Assembly (NCBI RefSeq): GCF_009914755.1
Contig: NC_060936.1
Source of the DNA: the human T2T-CHM13v2.0 reference genome, Homo sapiens
DNA length: 64,000 bases
Direction: 5' to 3' (one strand)
Of the stretch, positions 36,241-49,461 are shown piece by piece. How positions within the stretch are numbered: the stretch's first letter is position 1; each line of letters begins with the position of its first letter. The notes beneath the pieces are model-generated. The model worked only from the letters and a program-made list of their open reading frames with translations, made no database searches and was not told the DNA's origin. The position numbers and the translations under genes are program-made.

Positions 36241-36963
36241 CACATTGGGAGATACATGATAAATTTCTATCTGCAGTTGCTATTTGCATTTTTAAAGGAT
36301 ATTTTTATTTTTTAAATTTTTAGCTGACAACTGTATAATTATGGAATACAATGTGATGTTCTGATATATGTGTACACTATGGAATGATTAAATCAAACTA
36401 ACATTTCATCATCTCACATACTTATCATTTTCTGTGGTGAGAACATTTGAAATTTATTCTCTTGACAATTTTGAAAGATCCAATACACTATTATTAACTA
36501 TAGTCACTATGCTGTGCAATAGATCTCAAAAGCTTATTCCTCTTAACTGAAACCTACTACCCTGTGACATGTGGGGAACATCTCTCTATTCCCCAGCCCC
36601 AGTCCCTAAATGTTGAATACACAATGGGGAAAAAAAAGTCTTCAATGAATGGTGGTGGGAAAATTGTATATCCACATGCAGAAGAATAAAATTGGACCCT
36701 TACCTCCTACCATATATAAAAACCAACTGAAAATCGATTAAAGACTTAAACTGTAAAACTACTAAAAGAAAATATAGGGAGAAAGCTTCACAACGTTGGT
36801 CTGGGCAATAATTTTTGGATTTGACCTCAAAAGTAGATGCAACCACAGTGAAAATAAACAAATGAAATTGCATAAAATAAAAAATGTTTCTGCACAGCAA
36901 AGGAAATAATTAATGGAGTAAAGAGACAACTTACAGATTGGGAGAATATATTTCCAAACTATT

Positions 36964-37500
36964 GTTGGGGCTCAGAAACGGATACCCTAACATATAGTGA
37001 TTTGACAGGTGGAACTAAAGAAGACTCGAGGTCTCTCTGACCTCCTCCTCAACCTCTGTTTCTTAATCCTCTGTTTTCCCAGAGCACAGGAGGAAGTTCT
37101 CTGAAGTTCCTTTATCTGCTTTAAGTTCAGACTCACCAAATAAGAAAACAGTTAATTCTGGTGCCTTCCATGGGTTTTCATTAACTGAAGTCATATTGTA
37201 GGAAAAAGAATGAAGTCTCTTAACCCACCTGGATAGATTTTTCTCACAAACCATTGTCTTCTCTGCAAGCCCAGTAGACTTTGTCCCAGGCCATTTATGT
37301 GATCTTCACCCCATTAAGTTCTCCCCAAATTATTTACTCTTCCCCCAAAATCACCCACACTTCCCCATCTCCCTCTCCCCTAAGGACAAGGGTATATCAC
37401 CATCTATACCCCATTGCTTGGTGGGGTGATCACTCTGATTCTCTGCATGCATTTTTATAGATTTGTTTGCCATTTATCCTATTAATCTGCATTCTGTCAA
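36964..37500 (+). mobile_element. ERV1 LTR (MER39/MER34-like)
   Basis: Begins TGTTGGGGCTCAGAAA.GATACCC; the family name is from recall. Confidence 0.6.
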
Positions 37501-37876
37501 TTGTGGCAAGTTATCAGCATATTTTTTAACTTTTAATTATTATTAATGGAAAGACACTTCTGTATACACTGGAAATCTCAGGAAATTTCTTTTTTCCTTA
37601 AGCTTAATTGAAATGTTTACTTTTCAGTAAAATTTCAAGCTTGAGTAATGTTCATGCCTGCTTTTCATTGAAATAGAATGAAAAGGTTGCACAATATTAT
37701 TTTCATGAAATTACTTCTAGTATAATTCTGAATAAACACTTTGAAAGGCAGTGAACTGTAAATATATTACAGCTATCTCTTATTCTTCAGGGCGGGTCTC
37801 AATTATGTAAAAGATGATTGGCTTTCTGTTTTAAGTAATAGTCATTTTGAAAACACTTTAAAACTGTCAAGTGAAG

Positions 37877-38330
37877 TGTGATGGCTAATTTTATATGTCA
37901 ACTTGACTGAGATAAGGTATACTCAGCAGGGAAAGCATTATCTCTGGATGTGTCTATGAGGGCTTTTCTGAAAGAGATTGATGTTGGAATCACTAAGCTG
38001 TGTAAAGATGATCTACCTTCACCAATGTTGGCAGGCATCATCCAATCCGTGCAGGTCTTACCCAAACAGAGCAAAAAGTCAGGTAGGGTAAATTTATTCT
38101 CTTCTAAAGCTAGGGCATCCATTTCTTTCTACTCTCAGACATTGGAGTTCCCCAGTTTCCCAGACCTTTGGCCTTACACTGAGAATTATGCTTTGTTTTA
38201 TTTAGGCATATTTTAATAATACTTCATGTATTGGTCAGGAAGACATTTCCTGGTTCTAAGGCTTTCGACTCAGACTAGATTACAACACTGGCTTTCCTGG
38301 TTCTCTAGCTTGCAGAAGAGAATACTAGGA
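37877..38330 (+). mobile_element. MLT2 (ERVL) LTR
   Basis: Begins TGTGATGGCTAATTTTATATGTCAACTTGACT; internal repeated tttcctggttct units. Confidence 0.8.
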
Positions 38331-38899
38331 AGCTTGTACTTCCTACATAGGTAAGAAGAGGAAACAATCTCTGGCTTAGAAACTATGTAACCAACCACAA
38401 TTCACAAAGATTCCATAATTTCCTTGGCAGGAGGCTAAGATCTAAAGCCCAATATGATTGTACTTCTCTTATCAGTTTTCTGCAAACAAAAGAGAATAGA
38501 ACTAAAATACAGCTTTGTTAAAATAATGTTGATTCATTTGCATGAAATATCAGATCACAGAAAAAACATATTTTTATAAAATATGAGCTCTGTCACACTG
38601 GCCCTCATAGACACATCCAGAGATAATGCTTTCCCTGCTGAGTATACCTTATCTCAATCAAGTTGACATATAAAATTAGCCATCACACTTCACTTGACAG
38701 TTTTAAAATTAGGTTGTTTTTTCCAAATGACAAAAAGCAGGAGCAAACTGCAAGTGCTCCTGCAACACATCTAACAAGAAAGCCTTATCTGACTTTTATG
38801 AGGTTCGGTATAATGCCCAAACTGCATATTTCAAACTCTTGCCATCAGATTCACCTAAGAAGACAAAAGATCTATTGCCTTTGAACCTACATTCCCAAA

Positions 38900-39560
38900 G
38901 CGTGCAACATGAACTTGCCTACATCCAAGGGGTAGGACCTTCTTACGTAGTGAATTCCCAAAGTGTTGCTGAAATTATGAACAGTGCTCTGCCTCATACT
39001 GACAAGTGAAACCTCTATCTCTGATTGCCCAAAAATGTCTAATGAAGCTATAGCATCACTACAATTTGGAATAGACACTTAATCCAGAATTGAAGAGATA
39101 TAGATAAAAATGAACTGAGTGCAATGCCAAGAGATAGGATAAATATGGCCCCCTCCAAAAAAAGATCCTAAGTCCATGACAGTGGTGCTAGAGATTTCTC
39201 ACAGAACTCCAAGGAGTAAAACAAGAAACTATAAAGACAGATGGAGAACCACATGTTATGGTACATCATATAAACAACGAAGAGATGGTAGTCAATTGTG
39301 TAAGAATCTCGAAGTTGTTGGGTTCAAATAAAGAGAATTATGAAATGAAATAAGTATCCAATTAACACAGGAAATAATATGAACAATGGGGTTAGGAGAA
39401 CAGAGATCAATGTAAGAGATGTTTCCAAAAGTAATGATGTTGTCATGGAAGTTGGCAGATGATCAAATTATCAGGTATGTAAAACTGATCATGAAGGTGT
39501 TCCAAGGAAATTACTCTAATTGTTTCATCAATATTGAACCCAAAATTAAATCAACCCAAA
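38900..39560 (+). mobile_element. Possible ancient RTE-clade LINE remnant (MamRTE/L4-like RT C-terminus)
   Basis: Broken translations such as HINNEEMVVNCVRISKLLGSN and MFPKVM..SW resemble RTE-type RT (IDGETVETVSDFIFLGSK, MVFPVVMYGCESW). Weak, by eye. Confidence 0.35.
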
Positions 39561-40018
39561 CATAGAAAAGGAAAAAAAAAAAGGCAAAAGGCACAGTGTA
39601 ATGATGCTCTCTTTACTCCTTTGGAAGGGATTGATAAAATTGCAACTACTTCTTGTATAAAGAATCATCCATTTTATAGATGACTACAAATTCAATCCTA
39701 AACCTTCAAATACAATGAAAAGAAAGTATGTACTGAGAGCTGGAATGACTACTCACCTAGGCCAAAGTCTCACCTAGGAATGAAGCATCAGGCACACAGT
39801 GCACTGAGCATGGCTGAAGGTGCATTGACTAATCTTCTAAAACCTACTCCAGAATGAGAGAGACTGGTACAACTCCATTTGTGCTAAATTTGGAGATATA
39901 AACAATATTTTGGAGTTAAAACCTAGAAGTTTTCAAATCTACATAAAAAATCAATTTCTTTTTTTTCTTGCAAAAGCAGAAAAGATGAGAGGACATTGGC
40001 ACCTGCCAAGAGTGTTGA

Positions 40019-40826
40019 TGAAATGGGGTACTTCCCTGGCCTCTTTGCAGGAGTTGCAAAGGGGTTGGCTTGTTTACTCAGCCCACAGCTCTCAACCCCT
40101 CATGGGAGGGGAAACTCACAGGTGAGTGGGTGTAGGGATCAGGATGAGGGCTTCTGTGTGCCAGCAGGAGTAGAACTCTGTGCTGCCCCGTGGCAACATC
40201 TAGGGGAGTTCCCATGACCCCTCAAGCCCCAGAGGGTGAGTGTTACAGTGTGCTCTTTTAGCTTTTCTATCCACAGATGACAAGTATTTAACAGCTCAGT
40301 GGAGGGTCAGGGTGACAGCCTTTTGGACCTGCCTTCTTGGTACCTCAGTTCTTGTTTAGCGTCCAGGAAGAATCAGGTCATGCAAACAAATTGAAGGGTA
40401 GTGAATGTGGAGGATTTTATTGAGGGATGGAAGTGGCTCTCAGCGGGATAGGGAGCTGGAAAGTGGATGGAATGGGAAGGTGGTATTCCCCTGGAGTTCA
40501 GACAAACTCTTCTCCGAGGTCCCACCATCAAGCTGTCCCTCTGAGCTCAAACTGCTTCTCTCTGACATCCGGCTGCTTCTTCTTTTCTTTCTTTCTCTGT
40601 CACTCTGCTATTCCGCTGCTCTGCTGCTCTGCCACTCTGGTGATGGGGCCTGTGGTTTTTATGGGTAGAGGATGGGGTGTGGGGTGGGCCAAAAAGCAAC
40701 ATGTGAGTGGGAAAGCAGGAAATGCATGTTCTCATTTTGGTCTGTGATCCCAGGCTTGAGGATGTGTGGCTCTTGCTTGGGACAGCCCTCTTCTGCCCAG
40801 TATTTCCCTGCTTCCCACCCATATCA
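40019..40826 (-). mobile_element. ERV1 solo LTR (LTR1/LTR27/LTR28 group)
   Basis: Minus strand starts TGATATGGG...GCAGGGAAATACTGGG and ends ...CCCCATTTCA. Confidence 0.7.
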
Positions 40827-41583
40827 CCAACACTGCTCCTAACCCTACTCAAAAGGTACATTAAAATATAGAGGTGGAAAGTTATATGCTGCTTCTCTCA
40901 GAGCAAACCCTTTCTCTCTTATGTAAAATAACTAACTTTCCTCCACAGCATAATTTAAAAAGAAAACTAATGATGACATTAGTCAGAAATCTGTAGACAT
41001 CTCTACTCCTCTAGTAACTCTGAAAACTGGGTCTGCTAATGAGTTGGTAGCATTAAATCTGAAGACTGAAAGTTTTCTATTCTGTTCCTTCTCTTTTTAC
41101 CCTTACTTTAGTGGAACAGTAAATTTCAGTAAAATCAGTGAAGGTGTATCTGCCAAGGTTCCAATCAACACAGAGGAAGAGAAGACTTGTTCTATAACTA
41201 AACTAGTAGACAACCCAGAAAAATTATCTCTACTTATAATAAACAGAAATCCTAATTACTGCATCCAACTACCTGACCATCATTCATTTTTAAGAGACAG
41301 AATTTTTAACGTTCCAAAGTTCTCACCCAAAAGAGATCTGACAGTTTCTGACTGCAATCCATTCTGGAGAAGTTGCTACTAAATTGAATAGAGTAAAGTT
41401 ATTGTTCCTTTAAATACAATATCTATGAATGGACAATCAAGATTTATGTCCCTTAAGGCATAAGACAGCTGTTAAATGTTGTTCCTCCATTGTACTAATC
41501 AACTTCATACTACTGGAGGATATTTGTAAAAAATATTTATATATACACACATACACACACACTCTTAAAAGAATTTGTGCTAG

Positions 41584-41895
<312 letters not shown>

Positions 41896-42607
41896 TGTCC
41901 TAGGTCTTTTAATGTCAAAAGAACACTTGCCCGCATATATATATATATGTATACATATTTGTCATTTCTTTGTCTTAAAACTGGAATATCCTGCTTTAAA
42001 ACTTTAAGACAAAGTGTAAATGATTTTCTTTTTTTAATGAGAAATAGTCACCTTTTGTCAATTTTATTTGCTGATTTTATTGACTTGCGTATTCTACAGT
42101 GGAGACCTCAACATATTCTATGTATTGTGTTTTAGTAGCAAGGTGAACATATGTATGATATTTTCCACCTTAATGTTACTCTTTAATTGAATACATTTAT
42201 AAGTTACATTAAAGCTTATTTTATGTTGAAAGAAGGAGCTAGAAAACTAGTGATGTTAAACAATGTGTTAACATTTATTTTCAATGATGAATCATTTAGT
42301 TTACAAGACATATCTTGTATTTTCTTTAGGTAATTGCCAAATCAGAGTCAAATTTATGGTAAGTTCATAGTACTTTAATATTTTATTAATATGAAATACT
42401 TGATTTTTACATCTTTAGAATTTTAATTGCACAAGGAGAACTTCCAATAAATATTTTCTGTATATAATTATGACACTTTCTTCACAAATATTACATATTC
42501 TATGCTCCAAGGCCTTGAACAATTTCTTGTGAAAATGTTGCTGCATTGTCACAGTTATTTCACAATTTTCATATAGAGAGGAATAGGGATTAAGTTATGT
42601 TCATTTG

Positions 42608-45345
42608 CTTTTTTTAACTTTTAAGTTCAGAGATACATGTGCAGGATTTGTAGATTTGTTACATAGGTAAACACATGTCATGGAGATTTATTGTACAGAT
42701 TATTTTATCACTCAAGTATTATGCCTAGTATCCATTATTTTTTAAATTCTCTCCCTCCTTTCACCCTCTGCTGTTTGGTAGGCCCCCGTTTTTGTTATTT
42801 CCCTCTAGGTATCTATGTGTTCTCATCATTTAGCTCTCACTTACAAGTGAGAACATGTGGTATTTGATTTTCCATTCCTGTGATAGTTTGGTAAGAATAA
42901 TGGCATCTAGTTCCATATATGTCTCTGCAAAGGACATGATCTTGTTCCTTTTTATGGCTGCATAGTATTCCATGGTGTATATGTACCACATTTTCTTTAT
43001 CCAGTCTATCGTTGATGGGCATTTAGGTTGATTTTGTGTCTTTGCTATTGTGAATAGTGCTGCAATGAACATATGTGTGCGTGTGTAGTTATTATAGAAC
43101 AATTTATATTGCTTTGGGTATACGCCCAGTAATTGGATTGCTGGGTCGAATAGTAGTGCTGTCTCTAGGTCTTTGAGAAATTGCCATACTGTCTTCCACA
43201 ATGGTTGACCTAATTTACACTCCCACCAACAATGTAAAAGCATTCCTTTTTCAACACAACCTTGCCAACATCTATTATTTTTTGACTTTTTAATAATAGC
43301 CATCTGACTGGTGTGGGATGGTGTCTCATTGTGGTTTTGATCTGCATTTCTCTAATGATCAGTGATATTGAGCTTTTTTTCATATAATTGTTGGCCACAT
43401 GTATGTCTTCTTTTGAGAAATGTCTTTTCATGTCCTTTGCTTACTTTTTAATGAGGTCTTTTTTTTTTGTAAATTTGTTTAAATTCCTTATAAGTGCTGG
43501 ATATTAGATCATTATCAGATGCATGAATTACAAAAATTTTATCCCATTCTGTAGGTTGTTTACTCTGTTGATAGTTTCTCTTGCTGTGCAGAAGATCTTT
43601 AGTTTAATTAGATCCCATTTGTCAATCTTTCCTTTTCTTACAATTGCTTTTGGCATCTTCGTCATGAAATATTTGCCTGTGTCTATATCCTGAATGTTAT
43701 TGCTTAGGTTTTCTTCTATGGTTTTTATAGTTTTGGGTTTTACACTAAAGTCTTTAATCCATCTTGAGTTGATTTTTGTATATGATATAAGGAAGGGTCC
43801 CAGTTTCAATTTTCTGCATATGGCTAGCCAGTTCTCCCAGCACTATTTACAGGGGAATCCTTTCCCATTGCTCATTTTTGTCAGGTTTGTCAAAGATCAG
43901 ATGGTTGTAGGTGTGTGGTCTTATTTCTGAATTCTCTAATCTGTTCCATTGGTCTATGTGTCTGTTGTTGCACTGGTACCATGCTGTTTTGGTTACTGTA
44001 GCCTTGTAGTATAGTTTGAAATTGGGTAGTGTGATGCCTCTGGCTTTGCTGTTTTTGCTTAATATTATTCAGGCTATTCAGGCTCTTTTTTATTCCATAT
44101 AAATTTTATTCCATATAAATTTTAAAATAGGTATTTTTCTATTGAATCTGTAAGTTGCATTGGGAAGTACGGCCATTTTCAAGATCTTGATTCTTCCTAT
44201 GCATAAGCATGGAATGTTTTTCCATTTGTTTGTGTCTTCTCTGATTTCTTTGAGCAGTGGTTTGTACTTCTCCTTGAGGAAGCCCTTCACTTTTCTTGTT
44301 AGCTGTATTCCTAGGTATTTTGTTCTCTTTGTAGCAATTGTGATTTGGCTCTCTGCTTGCCTGTTGCTGGTGTGTAGGAATGCTAGTGATTTTTGCAAAT
44401 TGATTTTGTAACCTGAGACTTTGCTGAAGTTGCTTCTCAGCTTAAGAAGCTTTTGGGCTGAGATGATGGGACTTTCCAAATATAGAATCATGTCATCTGC
44501 AAACAAAGACAATTTTACTTCCTCTCTTCCTCTTTGAATATGCTTTATTTCTTTCCCTTGCCTGATTGCCCAGGCCAAAACTTCTAATACTATGTTGAAA
44601 AGGTGTAGTGAGAGAGGTTATCCTTGTCTTGTGTCAGTCTTCAAGGGGAATTCTTTGAGCTTTTGCCCATTTAATATGATATTGACTGTAGATTTGTCAT
44701 ATATGACTCATTATTTTGATGCCTGTTCCTTAAACACCAGGTAGATTGAGAGTTTTTAACATGAAGGGATATTGAATTTTATTGAAAGCCTTTTCTGCAT
44801 TTACTGAGATAAGCATGTGGTTTTTGTCTTTAGTTTTATTTATCTGATGAATTACATTTATTGGTTGGTGTATGTTGAACCAACCTTGCATCCCAAAGAT
44901 GAAGCCGACTTGATGGTGGTGAATAAGCTTTTCAATGTGCTGCTGGATTCAGTTTGTCAGTATTTTGTTGAGAATTTTTGCATATGATCATCAAGGATAT
45001 TGGCCTGAAGTTGTCTTTTTGTTTGTATTTCTGCCAGGTTTTGGTATCAGGATGGTGCTGCCCTCATAGAATGAGTTAGGGAGAAGTCACTTCTTTCAAG
45101 TTTCTGAAATAGTTTCAGTAGGAATGGTACCAGCTTTTCTTTATACATCTGGTTGAATTCAGCTGTGAATCCATCTGGTCCTGGGCTTTTCTGGGGAGGT
45201 TGGTAGGCTATTTATTACTGGCTCAATTTCAGAACTCATGATTGGTCTTTCAGGGATTCAATTTCTCCCCTGGTTCCGTCTTGGGAAGGTGTATTTGTCC
45301 AGAAATTTATCCATTTCTTCTAGATTTTGTAATTTATGTGCATAG
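42608..45345 (-). mobile_element. 5'-truncated L1PA/PB (about 2.7 kb of ORF2 plus 3' UTR)
   Basis: ORF2 fragments including [13 protein letters not shown] (RT active site) and the C-terminal HCWWECKL motif. Confidence 0.92.
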
Positions 45346-45623
45346 ATGTATTTTATGTTCATTTGAAAAAGCTGAAGGGTTAATTGGAGTACCAGAAATT
45401 TTAGTTTTAATTCTAGTAAAATGACTAAATAAAATTACGATGTAGGCATGCAGTAGATACCAGTTTAAAGTTCTGGCAAATCTCACCAATCTAAAAATTA
45501 TGAAGGATAAAGATTATAAAAGTTTTATACAAAATTAGAAGTATTAGCATCTAAAATTACATAGTAATTTTATCATTTTATTAGAATTAAAGCCAAGATT
45601 TCTTAAATGTTTACACATACATT

Positions 45624-48600
45624 TGATATGGGAGTGCTGGGAAGGGAAGAACATGGTCCCTTTAAATGATATGGAGTGGGGGAAGGGAAGTGCTAGGTAG
45701 ATGAGGGTGTGGTCTCTGGCTTAGGGCTCCACTTCTGCCCCACTGCCATGAGGTTGGAGCTCCCCAGCCTGCCTGTCTGTGTATGCTCCCCTAGAGATTT
45801 GAGCAGTGGGGCACTGAAGAAGCAAGCCACACCCCCATCACATGCCCTGCAAGGGGGCAAGGGAACTTTTCCCATTTCAAATGGGGGCTTTTCCAGGATC
45901 TCAGAAGTTGAGTATGAGCAAATACAAAACTATGGGGTCTGCTTTTCTTCCAAAACCCTGCCACTTCTCTTTCTGTGGGTAAGATGCTCTGTTTTCTCTT
46001 TGTCTCTTTTCTCTCTCACATGGTTCAAAATGGCTATCTCTTTCTTTATAGTGTTAAGAGTTTTGTTACAGGCTGCAGCAATTTTACTAAGTAAAATGAG
46101 CATTTGGCTCAGTCAACAAAGATGCAAGTCAGACCAATTGTTCCTGGAGGTGCCATGTATGCCTCCATGTCGACAGCCACAGGTACACATGGCTCAGGGC
46201 ACCTCCCGTTACCCTTTTTCCTCCCACTTCGGGTGCCTGGGTGTGCCCACAGCAGGCAAAGGCCAAGTTCAGCAGCCACGAGGAGGGTGGGAGGAAGCTG
46301 GGTCAGTAACCAGGACTGTACAAGGTGCTTCTTACCTGCCGTGCCAATGGAACATTCCCTCCCCTGGCCAAGGAATTAAATCTGGTCTGAACTGGGGGAA
46401 GAATGGGAAAGTTATAAGGATTAGGAGGGCCCACTTGCACTAAGCAAGTGGTTCTTCCCTCAGAATCTCTCCCATTTTTGCCCCTTAAGCTATTTTTCTG
46501 TTTTTTAAGTGAGAGGGCTCCCCATTCTAACACTGTTTCTGATAGGGAAGTTAACGGTGAAACGACCCCTGCTGGCTGAGAACTGCAAATTCAGCAGGGC
46601 ATACTTGAGACTCTCTAAATGGACACAAACAGCTTCTGAAACGCCTTTTCAGTCCCAAACTTGATTCCAAGCTTCAGGCTGAGGTCCTAAAAAGGAAAAC
46701 CAGGTCTGAGGGATCCAAAGCCAGGCAACGGGCACAATATAAATGGGCAGCCAATTTCTGCCAATTGAAACCTCCACCCCATGGAAGGAGGCCTTGCTTC
46801 GTGACATAAACAGGCCCAGGGAACTCAAAGTTTGCCAACAGCAGGGAGAAAAGAAGGCATAGATAAGGGCAGTTAACTCCTATTCTCCGGATTTTCTCTA
46901 CTTCATGGGTACCTACCGCATTGGTACCTATGTCACTTGCCAAGGTCAAGGTCACTGGGTCTCAGGGACAAAAGGTGGAAAGTGAAGGGGGACACGGGCT
47001 TTCTCTCTCCGTCACACCCTGAGTATTTGCTGAAAGAAGAGAATGATGGACACCTCTGTTCCCTGTCTTTCAGAATGGGCAACCAGTTCTCTTCACCACT
47101 TCCAGCTTATACTCCTCTGGAGTGTATCCTGAACCATTGGGACGGCTTTGACCCTCAGAATCTGGAGGAAAAACACCTCATAGCCCTACGCACAAAGGGT
47201 TGGCCAAATTATGATTTACAGGAAGGACTGAGTTGGCCTCAGGAAGGAACCATTCATTTCAATACCACTTGGCAGTTGGAACTTTTCTGCAGACATGAGG
47301 ACAGATGGTCTGAGGCCACATATATGCAGGCTTTCTATATCTTGCAAGGCAATCGAGACCTTGGCTAACAATGTAAGATAGATCTAGCCCTCCTGTTTGC
47401 CATCTTAGGGAAGGCTGCAAGGGGCAAGCCTAGAGAATTAAAGATATGAGTCCCAGAGGCACCCCCAACAGGGGAGCCAGCTCCCTCAAGCCCTGCTCCT
47501 CCAGGTCTATCCCAACCTCCCTATCCAGCTTCAGCCTCTCACTTGCCCCCTCCTAGAAATCCTCACTCTAAACAAGCCCCAGTCTCACTCCTGCCCCTCC
47601 AACAGATGCCCAGTGAATTTGGGCCCAGTAAGGTCCAGGTCTCCTTCTCCCTACAGGACTTAAAGCAAATTAAGGAGGATATTGACAAGTTTTCAGATGA
47701 CCCTTATAGATAGAGGCTCTCCAGAATTTCACCCAAATATTTGAACTCTCTTGAAAAGACATTATGTTACTTTTGAATCAGACCCTGATGGACACTGAGA
47801 AACAGTCCACTCTGCAAGCAGCAGAGAGATTTAGGAATGAGCTTTGTATCACATATAGCGTCAGGGAAGGGGACGAATATTCTCCAACTGGAAGAGAAGC
47901 AGTACCAGTGAATGACCCTAAATGGCATCCCAATGATGAGACGGAAGACTGGAGAAGCACACACTTTCAGGTGTGCATAGTGGAAGGCTGGTATAAATTT
48001 ATTACTCAGGCAGCTCCTGATATCAGGAGGAAGTTGCAGAAACGATCCCTGGGATCAGCTAGTACATTAGAGGACCTCCTGAAAGTGGCTACCTTGGTCT
48101 TTTATAATACAGACAGGGAGGCCCAGGAAGAGAGAGGAAATACGCAAAAGAGCAAAAGCTTTAATGGCCACCATGCAACCCCACAAACCCTAGAATTCCC
48201 AGGGTACACCTGTTAGTTGCTAAAGATATTTCAAGAACAGTTATCTCTCTGGTAAAGTTTATTTGCTCCTGTGCAAGGTTTCATTTCTTTCAACAGAGTG
48301 AAACAACTTGGGGTACAATGTTATTGTTAGTATATTTTCTTCTTATGTCTGTAATATTTGGCACTAAATTCTTTCCTTTAATAATACACATGTTTAACCC
48401 ATGCATACTTAACCTTATAAAACTTGTTTTTTCTCTCATGCCTGGAAGCCATCAAACTCCAAATGTTCAGGCAACCAGAGCCTCAGATGATGGCTCCGCT
48501 TTGCTAGGAACCCCCAGGTAGACCTCTCGGAAGCATCCGACAGCAGTTTACCCCAAAAGAATGCCCCCTGTCAGCAGGAAGCAGCTAAGACCAGTCATTG

Positions 48601-49461
48601 TCCATATTCTCATGGCAGTTAGATACACCTCTTCAGAGAGGGGAAATAATATGGGAGTGCTAGGAAGGGAAGAACATGGCTGGCTAGGGCTCCATACCCT
48701 GGCTAGTCCTGGCTAGGGCTCCACACTCACGGACCTAACTGAGAACAGGTATTTCTCGCCCAAATGTTGCATTTCCCAAGACCACCCTGGCCTGCCATGC
48801 CCCCATCCTGTGCCTGCAAAAACCTGAGACCCTAGCAAGGCAGATACAGAAGCAACTGGACATCAAGAGGAGCACATCAGCGGAGGAACACACAGGGAGA
48901 GGAACACATAGGTGGCTGGACATTGAGAGGAACACACTGACAGGCACCAGCATGCTGGTAGGCCACTGACTGACAGAACAATGCAGAGTTTGGCTGGGGC
49001 AGCTGGAGGACAGTCTGGGCCACTGAGCAGCCTGACTTCAGGGGAAAACCATCTCCCTTCTGACTCTCCCATCTGCTGGTAGCTATTTCCACTCAATAAA
49101 ACCTTGCACTCATTCTCCAAGCCCATATGTGATCTGATTCTTCCAGTACACCAAGGCAAGAACCTCAGGATACAGAAAGCCCACTGTCCTTGTGATAAGG
49201 CAGGGGTCTAATTGAGTTGACTAACACAAGGCACCTAGAGCGGCTAAACTAGAAGAGCAAAACTAAAAGAGCACACTGTAACACATGCCTACTGGGGCTT
49301 CAGCTGCAAACATTCACCCCTAGACATTGCTGTGGGATCTGAACCCCACAGCCTGCCCGCCTGTAAGCTCCCCTAGAGGTTTGAGCAGGGAGGCACTGAA
49401 GAAGCCAGCCACACCCCCATCTCACACCCTGCAAGGGGATAAGGGAACTTTTCCCATTTCA
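45624..49461 (+). mobile_element. Defective class I provirus with LTR1-type LTRs (HUERS-P-like): 5' LTR 45624-45879, tRNA-Pro PBS, gag remnant, 3' LTR 48647-49461
   Basis: Shared LTR ends (T[G/A]ATATGGGAGTGCT...TTCCCATTTCA); TSD CATT on both sides; PBS TGGGGGCTtTtCCaGGAT near 45882; gag MGNQFSSPLPAYTPLECILNHW from 47076; PPT before 48647. Confidence 0.85.

Noticed and set aside
39050-39446. Long hydrophobic minus-strand frames, one with an olfactory-receptor-like FGNISYIDLC
   Set aside because: T-rich antisense of an A-rich segment that reads better as a decayed LINE RT; contains stops and has no other GPCR motifs.
45709-46443. 244-aa ORF
   Set aside because: Runs across LTR, PBS and leader of a defective provirus, starts at GTG, and shows no protein-like motifs.
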